A DNA stretch of 47,975 nt, taken from positions 1-47,975 of the IMG/VR virus record IMGVR_UViG_3300027852_000008; one strand, 5' to 3'. Source of the DNA: a virus. Under the pieces are notes generated by a model, which was not told the origin of the DNA, ran no database searches, and saw only the letters and a list, made by a program, of their open reading frames with translations. The stretch's first letter is position 1; every line of letters begins with the position of its first letter. Made by a program: the position numbers and the translations under genes. Shown here in pieces: positions 31,552-41,568 of the stretch.

Positions 31552-34500
31552 TTAATCATGATGGGGTGTAGGAACTCCAAACAAGTACTTAAGTTCACTT
31601 TCCTTATACATCTCAGGTATATCACCTTTACTTAATCTAAGAGCCTTATTTAAGTTTACTGGTACAGGAACACCTTTGTTAGCCCTTCCAAACCATTCTT
31701 GAAAGAAGGTAGACAAGATAAAATCCCTATCTTCCTCATCTTTTTGTTTCCAGGTTCTCCAACTAGCTTGAACTATAGGACTAGCAGATACAGCTATATC
31801 CCTAGAGTCTGCTTTTATAAAAGGAGGATGTATAAAGTGATGTAACAAATCTACATCAAGAACCTTTTCACCAAGACCAACAATACCTCCTACTGTTAAG
31901 ACTTCCCTCATAACTTGTCTTGTAACAGGTGTACCAAACAAATCCTTTTCACTATTCAGTGCACCTTTAATCAACTCCCATTTAAAAGCATGTTCACCTT
32001 CCTTTACATCTCTAGACAAATTTCTTAATTGTTCTAAGGTAACCTTACCAGCTCTACCTACAGCCTTACCAGCTCGACCATAAGTTAAAAGTCTTTGTTC
32101 AAATATCTTAAAAGGTGTACCCTGAAACATCATCATCAATCTTATCTTTGGGTTCCTAAGCCATGATGGATTCATATTTCCACTTAAAAAATTAGTCTTT
32201 ATAATAGTATCATACACTCCATAAGCTGCTTGTGCTGGAGTCATACCTTTCTTACTTGCCATCTTTAAAGCACATAAGGTAGAAAACCCTCTATCAAATC
32301 TTTCAATCCAAGCAACAGGTGCACCACCATACTTATTAATTTTCTCTACAACCTTATCCCACTTGCTATCAGCCATACTGAATGGTGTAGCATCAGATAT
32401 AGTTCTCCACAGACTACCTTGTTCATTCATTGCTTTAACTGCTTCATCCTCAACAGTTAAAGATATACCTGCTTTCTTAAGAGCTTCTTTACCTCCAGCT
32501 CTTTCAAGCTCAAGTCTAGAAAAACTACCTATTGCTTTAGGATAAACCTTTGCTCCTTCCCAACCAAAGATTCTAAGGTCAGCTACAGTTTTAAGATAAT
32601 GCTTAAATGTTACAGAAGGAGAGAAGCTAAGAAGTCTCATAACTTCCACAGCATAAAACCTCTCCATAGCTTTATCTACCCCTTCCTTATACTGTGGTTT
32701 AAACCCATCTTCCATAGCTTCAAAGAACTTTCTCATTCCAGAATTCTTCTGTACAAAATCACTTTGCTTAAAAGCATGCCAACCATCAGCTCTACCCATT
32801 CTCCAAAAGTCAGAAACTTCTAATCTCATATTTATATCAGGTAAGTACTTTTGTACAGAATATTCCATATCTGGCATCATAGGTTTATATCCTGCAACAC
32901 GACTGTGTAACTTAGCCATTGGAGGTGGATAGTCTTTGAAGAGATTACCTTCAGTTACTACGTTTTCAGCTCTCTTAAAATCTGCATCTGGATGAGCAGC
33001 ATGATGCATGTAAGGTCTCTTTGTTATAATCTTATGACCAGCTTCAGCTGTTCGTACACCATAGATTTCCATCATCTCTTTAATTCTACTAACGGCCAAT
33101 TTTTCTTCAAAACTAAGCATACCTTCTAAGAAAGGATAGCTCTCAAACTTAGCTGTATCCTCTGCAGCCAAGAACATCCTCACCCCACTATGCTGTGCGG
33201 CCAAAGGTTTTATTGTTTTATCCCAAGTTTTAGTATAAGACTTAAACATACTATTGGTATCACTAAACGCTTGTTCATGAAATAAGGCTTTATTTTCCAG
33301 AGCCTCTGCTGTAGCTATAGCAGCATCCTCAGTCTTCTTTCTATATTTTTTACCCTTAGTAATCTTATTCAATTCTTTATCTGCAAGACTTCTAAAATGT
33401 TTTGCTGAGTATTGGTGATATGATCTTTGCTGCATAGGTACAAAAAACTCATCTATCATAGGCTTCATTGATTGTCTAACTTCACCTATACTTGATTGAT
33501 AATTAGGTACATCATCTAATATATTTCTTAATACCCTAAGACCTTCTTTACTATTATACATAGCAGCAGTTTGTCCACTTGCCCACTGCACCATAGGATT
33601 AGTCATAGTCTCCAATCCTTCCTTACTAACTCCAAAGTAATGATGAGCAACTCTATAAGGACTAGCTAAGGATTGTATTGCAGGATGAAGAATAGCTCTT
33701 CTTGCTATTGAAGATATATCAGGTATAATTTTCAACTGTCTCATAGGTTCACCCAAGAAGAACTTTGTTCCTTCCTTTGGTAATAAACCTGCACCTTCCA
33801 TAGACTTTATTAAATTTGTTACACTCTTCTTAGGTGTATTCTTAATAATACTAGCTGTTAACTTTGTTAACGTTCTACCTGCAACCTGATCAACCATTCC
33901 TGCTTCAGCATCTTCAGGACCAAGCACATCAGATAAAACAATTAAACTTCCTGCAGCTAATAAACCATTCTTTAATTTATCCAAGAATCCTGTATCAGAT
34001 ACTATATCTGCTAAGTACTCTTCACCCTCTGAAGATTCAATAGCTTCTCTATACATCTGAGCTTCAGTAGCTAAGTTACCACGTTTTTGTAAGGTATCAA
34101 CTGTTTTATCCTTACCCAATAGTACTACTTCATCTAAGAGCTCTTGTCTCTTTGCCTTAAGTAATTCTACTTGCTCTTTACTTGCAACTCTACCAAAAGT
34201 TACAGCCTCAGTTGTATTAGATAGCTTTGGTATGGTAACTTCTGTAGCTTTATCAAGACCCTCTTTAGTTGTAACTCCAAGCTTTTCTAAGTCTTTTTTA
34301 GCCTTAGCTACCTTCATCATACCAATTCTATCTAAAACTTTAACCTGTTCTTCTGTAGCAGTTGTACTAACAACTTCAGCAATAGATGCAATCTCAACAT
34401 CACTAACTTCTTTAGCTGCAACATCTAACTCTTTATTATATGCCTTATATGCTTCTTTACTTTCTACATCCTTCCTAACTGTTCTTACTACTTCTCTCCA

Positions 34501-36198
34501 CTCTCCTCTAGTCACCTGTCCAGCTTCATATAAATCAAGCCTTTCGTTTGGTTTCATTTTAAGAAGAGCTTTAACCTTATCATTTGGTGTCATGGCAGAA
34601 AAGTCAAAAGTCGACTCTTTCCCTGATATTAATTTAACAGCATCAGTTACTTTATTTTCCATCTTAACTACTTGTGCTTTATCTTTCTCTGCACGTATGA
34701 GACTTCTCGCTGCTTGGTAGGTCATGTCTTTAAAGTCATCATCTTTATAACCAAGTTCTGTTAAAGATTCCTTAGTTTTATTTCCTATCCCCTGAGATTT
34801 TTTAGTTTTAACTGCTACTGGTTTAATTTTATTTATAGCTGCAATAATATCCTCTTGAATTTTGAATGTAGATTCAACAAGCTTCTCTTCAGCACTTGTT
34901 TCTATAACAGCAGTAGCAGGATCCTTACCTTGCTTTATTTTAGTAAAGATTCTATCTGTATTCTCTATCTTATCAAAACTCTTAGGACTCATAAGATCTA
35001 GCATCTCATTGCTTGATTTATTTGTTCCAGATGCTAGTATATCAGTGGTTTCTTTTGGTGTAGGTTTAGCTGTCCTTGCTTTATACAACTCCTCTTGTTT
35101 AACAAACTCTTTTTCAGCAATACCAACTCTCTTCTTCTTAACCAAGTTATCTAATGTTTTAGCAACATCTAATCTACCTTCACCAAGCTTCTTAGCATAT
35201 TCTTCTGCAACCTTTTCCTCTTGTCTATGTGCTTTGTTCCAAGTCAATAACATTGTAGCTTTTGGATCTCTCTTAACGGCTTCAGCTATAACTTCTTTAC
35301 TATAACTATTCTCTTGTAATCCTTTCATCATAGCTTTTAGTTTACTTGTAGCTCCTGGAAACACACCCTTAAAAGCTTTAGCTCCCCCATACAAAGCTCC
35401 ACCACTAATAGCCATTTCTAATCCAAGAGCTTTTATAGGATTATCTTTAGCCCACTGTGTCTGTTCAATTCTATTCTTTGTAAAATCAAATGCTGCAAAA
35501 CTTGGAACAGCCATTAGTGTTGCACCAACTAGCTTAGGAACAAATCCAGGAGTTCTCATCATTCTTCTACCAAGAAATGTTGCTGCACCTTTAGCTGCAA
35601 CCTTTGGGAAGAGTTTCCTTGCAGCCAATTTCACTCCCATATGACTTCCCATAAGAGCAGCTGAAAAGCCTCCTCCTATAGTAGCTGCACCTACTGCTGA
35701 AGTATAACCTGGTCTAAATTCTTTTTGTTCCCATTCTTCCTGTCCAGGTAACTCTCTTACTCCAGATTTAAACCTTGGTATTACATGCCAACCTTCCTTC
35801 CTATCCCAAGCATGTTGTCTTATAGCCTCTTCATTATTCCTTATATTCTTAGTATAAGAAGCTAATATTAACTCTTCTGGTTTAAAACTTGTTAATCTTT
35901 CATCACTAAGCATCCTATTATATTCATCTAATATTGTTTGACCAAGTTCTTTCCTTGGATCACCTTCAGGAATAGCTTTACTCACACTCTGTAATGGACC
36001 TAAACTTGATCTACTTTTTACCTTAACCCCTTCCGGAACATGCTGTGTCATCAAAGATGCTACCATCTTTTCAGCTTTAAGAGGATCATAAAGAAACTTT
36101 GCTCTTTGCTCAGCTGTTTTAGTTTCCCTCTTTACTTTATCTTTTTCAATTCTATCTAAGGATGTTCTTTCCTTTAATAAAAGACCTCCAACATTCAT
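31552..36198 (-). CDS. 1548-aa terminal virion-module protein (candidate ejected/internal protein)
   Basis: The largest ORF and the last gene of the late operon. It has a Gly-rich hydrophobic segment (GAATIGGGFSAALMGSHMG...LVGATLMAVPSFAAF) and a long K/E-rich helical middle region. No catalytic motif was recognised. Confidence 0.6.
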   Translation of the reverse strand: MNVGGLLLKERTSLDRIEKDKVKRETKTAEQRAKFLYDPLKAEKMVASLMTQHVPEGVKVKSRSSLGPLQSVSKAIPEGDPRKELGQTILDEYNRMLSDERLTSFKPEELILASYTKNIRNNEEAIRQHAWDRKEGWHVIPRFKSGVRELPGQEEWEQKEFRPGYTSAVGAATIGGGFSAALMGSHMGVKLAARKLFPKVAAKGAATFLGRRMMRTPGFVPKLVGATLMAVPSFAAFDFTKNRIEQTQWAKDNPIKALGLEMAISGGALYGGAKAFKGVFPGATSKLKAMMKGLQENSYSKEVIAEAVKRDPKATMLLTWNKAHRQEEKVAEEYAKKLGEGRLDVAKTLDNLVKKKRVGIAEKEFVKQEELYKARTAKPTPKETTDILASGTNKSSNEMLDLMSPKSFDKIENTDRIFTKIKQGKDPATAVIETSAEEKLVESTFKIQEDIIAAINKIKPVAVKTKKSQGIGNKTKESLTELGYKDDDFKDMTYQAARSLIRAEKDKAQVVKMENKVTDAVKLISGKESTFDFSAMTPNDKVKALLKMKPNERLDLYEAGQVTRGEWREVVRTVRKDVESKEAYKAYNKELDVAAKEVSDVEIASIAEVVSTTATEEQVKVLDRIGMMKVAKAKKDLEKLGVTTKEGLDKATEVTIPKLSNTTEAVTFGRVASKEQVELLKAKRQELLDEVVLLGKDKTVDTLQKRGNLATEAQMYREAIESSEGEEYLADIVSDTGFLDKLKNGLLAAGSLIVLSDVLGPEDAEAGMVDQVAGRTLTKLTASIIKNTPKKSVTNLIKSMEGAGLLPKEGTKFFLGEPMRQLKIIPDISSIARRAILHPAIQSLASPYRVAHHYFGVSKEGLETMTNPMVQWASGQTAAMYNSKEGLRVLRNILDDVPNYQSSIGEVRQSMKPMIDEFFVPMQQRSYHQYSAKHFRSLADKELNKITKGKKYRKKTEDAAIATAEALENKALFHEQAFSDTNSMFKSYTKTWDKTIKPLAAQHSGVRMFLAAEDTAKFESYPFLEGMLSFEEKLAVSRIKEMMEIYGVRTAEAGHKIITKRPYMHHAAHPDADFKRAENVVTEGNLFKDYPPPMAKLHSRVAGYKPMMPDMEYSVQKYLPDINMRLEVSDFWRMGRADGWHAFKQSDFVQKNSGMRKFFEAMEDGFKPQYKEGVDKAMERFYAVEVMRLLSFSPSVTFKHYLKTVADLRIFGWEGAKVYPKAIGSFSRLELERAGGKEALKKAGISLTVEDEAVKAMNEQGSLWRTISDATPFSMADSKWDKVVEKINKYGGAPVAWIERFDRGFSTLCALKMASKKGMTPAQAAYGVYDTIIKTNFLSGNMNPSWLRNPKIRLMMMFQGTPFKIFEQRLLTYGRAGKAVGRAGKVTLEQLRNLSRDVKEGEHAFKWELIKGALNSEKDLFGTPVTRQVMREVLTVGGIVGLGEKVLDVDLLHHFIHPPFIKADSRDIAVSASPIVQASWRTWKQKDEEDRDFILSTFFQEWFGRANKGVPVPVNLNKALRLSKGDIPEMYKESELKYLFGVPTPHHD

Positions 36199-36199
36199 A

Positions 36200-36835
36200 T
36201 TATTGCCCCCATTTCTTAAGTCTTCTAGATAACCTTTGAGTATAAGGAGGAAACAAATTTAACACGTTTCGTTCTCCCATGTTCTTTAATGTTGCTTGCC
36301 TATATGCCTCAGCACCTAGTTCATGAGGTTTATCCAATTTTGTCTTTGTAGTCCTTTCTAATAGTTTCTTATGTGTAGGAGACATACCTCTATACTCTTT
36401 GATTATACCAAGCTTAGTAGGAGATTTAAACTTTTCTAAGATCATATGTCCTACTTCATGAGAGGTTAAACCTGGATGACTTCTTCTTGCTACATCAGGA
36501 TGATAACCCAGATACTTTCTAGCCAGATTAAGTCCTGCTCTACCTGGTACAGCTTCAGTAACTTTAGCACTATTTATTAGATCAAGAGATCTTTGAGGTA
36601 TAGCAGCAAACTCTCTAGCCATAGTCTGTTGTACCTTCTTAGGTAAACCTTTAGCTGCTATATTGAATAAAGCTTTCTTAGCTATAGCTGCCATACCAAC
36701 AGGCCCAACCATACTACCTACATCTTCAGCACCTAGATACCTCTCCACTCCTTTAGGTATCTTTGTACCTCTTGTTAATCTTTTCCACTTCTCACTTTTA
36801 AACGGATCAGCTAAAGGCATTAGTTTGTACCCCAA
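36200..36835 (-). CDS. Virion-module protein with zincin-type HExxH motif
   Basis: 211 aa and basic. It carries GLTSHEVGHMILEKF, and a later HELGAEAY could supply a third ligand. Confidence 0.5.
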   Translation of the reverse strand: MGYKLMPLADPFKSEKWKRLTRGTKIPKGVERYLGAEDVGSMVGPVGMAAIAKKALFNIAAKGLPKKVQQTMAREFAAIPQRSLDLINSAKVTEAVPGRAGLNLARKYLGYHPDVARRSHPGLTSHEVGHMILEKFKSPTKLGIIKEYRGMSPTHKKLLERTTKTKLDKPHELGAEAYRQATLKNMGERNVLNLFPPYTQRLSRRLKKWGQ

Positions 36836-37380
36836 ATATTTAAGATCTCATCTACACTAGCCATAGGGTCATAAACAGGACTTGGTGTAGCTATTTCAGA
36901 TTTGGGTTGTCCCTTTAACAAATGCTTAAGATAGCTCTCTTCCATACCAAGTCTTCTGCTAAGAATACTAAGTTCTTCTCCCTTTAACTTAACTTTCTTC
37001 TTACCTAATTCAGATTCCTCTCCCATAGCAAGAGAAGCTGCTCTCCTTTGTCTTGGTAATTCTGAAGGTTCTCCATACTGCATCTCAGCTATACCAGTCT
37101 TAAAAGGTCTGGCCTCCTGTGCAGTTCTCATTTGACCAAGGATACCTTTCTCTGATAACCTTTCAGCAATAGTACCTCTTGTCTCAGCTAATTCAATATC
37201 ACCCCTTTGTCTTTGCGCTTCAAGCTCCGTAGCTCTATTAGCTGCTATAGTAGCAGTCTTCTCTTTAAAAGTTCTAGAACCTTTAACATGCTCTTTCCAC
37301 TCTGCACCTAATTTCTTTCTTACATCTTTTTCTCTACTTCCAAAAGAACTACTTCCTATGTAACTAGGTAAAGCTGCCAT
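36820..37380 (-). CDS. Hypothetical internal virion protein
   Basis: 186 aa, charged and helical. Its position is analogous to the small T7 core proteins. Confidence 0.5.
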   Translation of the reverse strand: MAALPSYIGSSSFGSREKDVRKKLGAEWKEHVKGSRTFKEKTATIAANRATELEAQRQRGDIELAETRGTIAERLSEKGILGQMRTAQEARPFKTGIAEMQYGEPSELPRQRRAASLAMGEESELGKKKVKLKGEELSILSRRLGMEESYLKHLLKGQPKSEIATPSPVYDPMASVDEILNIWGTN

Positions 37381-37389
37381 ATTAATCTC

Positions 37390-39270
37390 CTAAGGTGAAT
37401 AGTTATACTGATGTACTGTTCTTGTACTTGTACCAGATGACTCACTGTCAGACCTATTATAATCATATCTATAACTCATCTGTGCTGCAGCAGATACACT
37501 AGCTAATGAACTTGCAACCATTTGAGAAATTATATTCGCACCTGCTTTAGCTGTCTCAACCTGTATACCATGCTGTTGCATTGCTGCATCTAAGTTAACT
37601 TGTCCTTCCTTTAACATAATAGAAACTCTATTAGTTACTTGTTCAGATTGAGCCTTATATGATTCTATATCAGCATCTATTTTCTTAGAAGCAAAATCTA
37701 CATCAGCATTATATGCTCCTATCTGATAACCATAAGATTTACCAATAACATCTAACTCTCCAATAGAAGCCTGTACCTTTGCATTATACTCAACCAATTC
37801 AGATTTATACTGTTCAATTAATAGCTTATTCTTTTCTAAAGTTATCCCAACTTCAGCTATATTTATTTGTGCTTCAGTTTGTACCCCTCTCATCTCAACA
37901 TCATAAGCCTTTACTTGCTCAGTATATACTCTAACCTTACTTTCCTCTCCAGCCAATTGTGCCTGATATGCATTATATCTAGCAGTGATTCCACCTATGT
38001 TAGATGTATAAGCATCAACCTTAGATCTATAGCCTTCAATAATAAGCCTTTGTACATCAGCCTTAATCCTAGCAGCCTCCATCTCAACACTATATAACTT
38101 TGATATAATATCTATAGCACCTAATTGTGCTACATAAATATCTATTAATTGTTTCTGTACAGATGCTTCAAGACTTACTCCTTCAAGTAAGCTTTTATAT
38201 CTCTCTATTTCAATTAAGGCTCCTTTCATTCTGCTTTCATAAACACTTGCCATAGTTTTATATTTATCAAGGTCAAGATTATACTTAGTAACTGTTGCAT
38301 TAAAGACTAACACTGCAGCTTCTTGAGTAAACTTTGCTGCATTATATGCTCTATCTGCTACAGCATTAACATAACCAACCTTAACCTTCTCATGTTCCAC
38401 AGCTAAGGTTAAAGCAAACTGTGTGTTCTGTTGTGCAAGCTTTGCTTGTTCTATCATGATCTCATAGTTTACTTGACTATCAGCTCTTTCCATTTCACTA
38501 AGAGCTTCTTGTAATCTACCAGCTAAAGCACCAGGAGGTATCGACCATCCTCTTGATGCAAAGTAATCTTCAGCTTCATCATAAATTCTTTCCTTTTTAA
38601 TCTCTTCCCTTGCCAAGGCTCTTTGCCATATAGCTTCTTCAACATCCTCATTTAAACCAGTACCACCGTTTTGGATATCACTTAACAACTTATCATCAAC
38701 TGCATCTTTAACATCTGATACATAATCACCTTCATTATAAACAAACAAACTACCAGGAGGAACAACGTCAACAAAAGGTTCTTCACCTTCAAAATCAGGT
38801 AATGTAATATTTGGAGGATTTGGAAAAGTAAGTTCATCTAATGTAGGTATGGTTGGTAATGTATAACTTGGTTTAGTAGGATACTCTATCTCACCTGTAA
38901 CCGGTGCTTCTCCAGGACTCTCAGGCCAAGTAACAATTGGTTCAGCTGGAAAGGTAACAACTGGAGGAAGTACACTTAAGCTAGGTACATCAACTGAATC
39001 TATACTTACCTCATCAAGGTTATTTAATAAAGGAGATACAGGTAAAGTTATAGTTAAATCTGGTTCAGCTGGCTTAACAGGATTATATGTACCAACCTGA
39101 ATAGGTTCTATATCATAAGATAAATCTATAAAATCAGGTTTATATGAAGCTACCAAAGAACTCAAGGCATCTAAATATAACATCGCTTCTGACCAAGCAG
39201 TATCTGCATAACTTCCTGCTAGTTCAAACTGATCCTGAACAGTTCCAATTATTTCTTCATTATATGCCAT
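37390..39270 (-). CDS. Coiled-coil virion protein (internal core or tail-associated)
   Basis: 626 aa. It has a Pro-rich N-terminal third, then a long A/Q/K/E/Y-rich helical region. Confidence 0.5.
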   Translation of the reverse strand: MAYNEEIIGTVQDQFELAGSYADTAWSEAMLYLDALSSLVASYKPDFIDLSYDIEPIQVGTYNPVKPAEPDLTITLPVSPLLNNLDEVSIDSVDVPSLSVLPPVVTFPAEPIVTWPESPGEAPVTGEIEYPTKPSYTLPTIPTLDELTFPNPPNITLPDFEGEEPFVDVVPPGSLFVYNEGDYVSDVKDAVDDKLLSDIQNGGTGLNEDVEEAIWQRALAREEIKKERIYDEAEDYFASRGWSIPPGALAGRLQEALSEMERADSQVNYEIMIEQAKLAQQNTQFALTLAVEHEKVKVGYVNAVADRAYNAAKFTQEAAVLVFNATVTKYNLDLDKYKTMASVYESRMKGALIEIERYKSLLEGVSLEASVQKQLIDIYVAQLGAIDIISKLYSVEMEAARIKADVQRLIIEGYRSKVDAYTSNIGGITARYNAYQAQLAGEESKVRVYTEQVKAYDVEMRGVQTEAQINIAEVGITLEKNKLLIEQYKSELVEYNAKVQASIGELDVIGKSYGYQIGAYNADVDFASKKIDADIESYKAQSEQVTNRVSIMLKEGQVNLDAAMQQHGIQVETAKAGANIISQMVASSLASVSAAAQMSYRYDYNRSDSESSGTSTRTVHQYNYSP

Positions 39271-39279
39271 AGCTTACCT

Positions 39280-41046
39280 CTACAAGATACTAAAATTAAT
39301 ATTAAAGGACTTACTAGAATCATTGTTCATTACAATATCTATATAACTTTGACCAAACTTCTTTACTATATCCTCAGAGATATCAATAAGCTCTATGTCC
39401 TCAAATAAATCTTGTACATAATTGTTTCTCCTCATGGCTAACTCAAAATCATGATGGAGTAATACTGTTGTAGAAGCACTAGAATTTTGTATTATTTGTC
39501 CCCAAGCATCATAGACTTTAATATCTTCTCCTGTAATATTAGTAGCTGCTGGACAAGCATAAGAAATATAAACTCTTTTACCTACAAGAGTAGATTCTCC
39601 ATAAATAAACCCGAGTGGTTTATAACCTGGATAGTCATATGAAAATGTTTTAACCTCATGCTTCTGTCTATCAACTGAAGAAGGTTCACCTGTATAATAA
39701 ATATGTAAGTTGCTTGTTTTTGTATAAGTAGTTAATGTAGTACTTGTAATAAATGGTAAGATAATATTATGATATTCAAGAGTCTCTGTAATATCTACAT
39801 ATTCATTCTCATGAAAAAACCAAAAAGGATCAGCATCATCCCAGGTAAAAAGATAATCATAAGTATGATCTTCTCTTACTAACGTATGACCATTAACTGT
39901 ACCATATGCACTCCTATGTCTTGGTCCACCATGCTGCTTATAATCATACTCAAATGGAGCAGTGTAATTATTTACAAATCCAGGAATAATTATAGATCTT
40001 AATCCACCATCCTCTGCAATTAAGTCATCCCAAGTCTCAGGATCTGTATCACTATTATACCATGGATAATTTACTACATCAGGATCCACCTCTTGATTAA
40101 TATGATTACTTAGGTATCCTGACGGAGTCCCAATAACTTTTAGAAAGTATTCTTCTTCTTCTGCAGTTAAAATATCTTTATCTATAGAACATACACCAGG
40201 TAATACTGTGGTAAGAACAAGACTCGTAGCTACCTCTAATTGATCAAAAGGAAAAATAGCAGGCTCATCTAATACTACATCAGTGTGAACATACCACTTA
40301 TCTAATTTTGATTGTAAAAACATTCCTGTAGCTACTTCATCTTCAAGTACTCCCATATTAGCTACAACTAAATCCTCATCTTGCCATTTATCTACTGCAT
40401 TAATTCTACTAGGGTATTGAGTTCTTATTGTTAAAGGTAAGAATCCTGTGCTGTAAGAGATCCAATAAGACATTCCACTAACATATGATTTAATAAAGCT
40501 TGTAGGTATTAAAATATCGTTACCAGTAAAAGTTGGTTTAGTATCAGCTTCAACTCCCCAAGGCTCAGGATCATAAAAACCATCTACAGTTCTTCTATAC
40601 ATAGATTCTGGATCGTATAAGTAACTTGGTTGGTTCTCATCATCTGGGCCATACCTATTATATTCTGTACTTCCTGCAGGATAAAAAGCTAAATACATTA
40701 GTGTATCTTCAGTAACACTAACTACACTTCCCCCAGATAATCTTTGGGTTAACCTTAAGATAAATACACCTGTTATCTCTTCAATAATAACTTCCTCAAC
40801 AACTTCTGGACTATAGATATATATATTTGTCACTCCAAAAGTTTGTCTAAGTGAAATCTGTTCACCTGTATCAAAGTTAACAACTCTTGTTCCTTGCTCA
40901 AGCTTTTGGAAATTCATTAGATCATTAAGTATATCTAACTCTCTTAGTGCTTTAGGTATAAGAGCCTTAGCACCATTAAAATCACCTTCAAGATTTATGA
41001 AAGGAGTCTGTTTAAACTTCACTTGGTTTCCTTCCTTTAACAACAA
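39280..41046 (-). CDS. Putative tail tubular/nozzle protein (T7 gp12-like position)
   Basis: 588 aa, following the 183-aa gene. The tracked TTG start is doubtful. A GTG at 41022 after AAGGAAGGAAA is an alternative. Confidence 0.45.
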   Translation of the reverse strand: MLLKEGNQVKFKQTPFINLEGDFNGAKALIPKALRELDILNDLMNFQKLEQGTRVVNFDTGEQISLRQTFGVTNIYIYSPEVVEEVIIEEITGVFILRLTQRLSGGSVVSVTEDTLMYLAFYPAGSTEYNRYGPDDENQPSYLYDPESMYRRTVDGFYDPEPWGVEADTKPTFTGNDILIPTSFIKSYVSGMSYWISYSTGFLPLTIRTQYPSRINAVDKWQDEDLVVANMGVLEDEVATGMFLQSKLDKWYVHTDVVLDEPAIFPFDQLEVATSLVLTTVLPGVCSIDKDILTAEEEEYFLKVIGTPSGYLSNHINQEVDPDVVNYPWYNSDTDPETWDDLIAEDGGLRSIIIPGFVNNYTAPFEYDYKQHGGPRHRSAYGTVNGHTLVREDHTYDYLFTWDDADPFWFFHENEYVDITETLEYHNIILPFITSTTLTTYTKTSNLHIYYTGEPSSVDRQKHEVKTFSYDYPGYKPLGFIYGESTLVGKRVYISYACPAATNITGEDIKVYDAWGQIIQNSSASTTVLLHHDFELAMRRNNYVQDLFEDIELIDISEDIVKKFGQSYIDIVMNNDSSKSFNINFSIL

Positions 41047-41563
41047 GAATTGCTTCTATCTGATCTAAGCTAAAATCTCCACCATAAGTATTCTCAACCT
41101 TTATATCATAGTATCTTCCAACAACTTCTCTTTGTCCATCAAACACTCCACCATGTTGTTTATTACTTGTCTTAATAGAATCCAAAACATACTTATGTTC
41201 TACTCCATCATCAGGTGTTAGATAGAAGTTTAAGTCTTCACTAGTTTCATAACCTACATATATCTTTCTAAATCTCTTCTCATTAGCAATACCAAGGTCT
41301 GTTTTAGGAAAGATAACAAAGGCATCTATATGACCATCTTGATCTGTCTCACCATCTTCTAAAGAAAACAAACCATGTTCATTAGCACCAAGATAACCAT
41401 TGTTAATCTTACACATAGAGTTAAAATTAAATGCTCTATATTGTGTAGCAGCTAATCTTTCCAGAGATAAAGCCAAACTAAAATAGTGCACACCTGGTAC
41501 AGATTGCCTCAACCTTAAATCACTGGTTACATGTACGTGATAGCTTTCATTTACATCTACCAT
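41012..41563 (-). CDS. Putative tail tubular/adaptor protein (T7 gp11-like size and position)
   Basis: 183 aa. It has no SD, and its ATG lies 5 nt downstream of conserved element copy 8. Confidence 0.45.
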   Translation of the reverse strand: MVDVNESYHVHVTSDLRLRQSVPGVHYFSLALSLERLAATQYRAFNFNSMCKINNGYLGANEHGLFSLEDGETDQDGHIDAFVIFPKTDLGIANEKRFRKIYVGYETSEDLNFYLTPDDGVEHKYVLDSIKTSNKQHGGVFDGQREVVGRYYDIKVENTYGGDFSLDQIEAILVVKGRKPSEV

Positions 41564-41568
41564 AATTT

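Noticed and set aside
34232-35305. Plus-strand ORFs 34232..34720 and 34862..35305, antisense to the 1548-aa gene
   Set aside because: They are S/L/T-rich, low-complexity translations, which is typical of the antisense frame of a K/E-rich gene. They have no RBS and are fully embedded in a well-supported long ORF.
31552-36198. The 1548-aa protein as an N4-like virion RNA polymerase
   Set aside because: The position in the operon is suggestive. However, I could not find T7/N4-type motifs (T/DxxGR, R...K.......YG, HD) or a crAss-type DxDGD motif. The idea is retained only as a hypothesis to test, not as a call.
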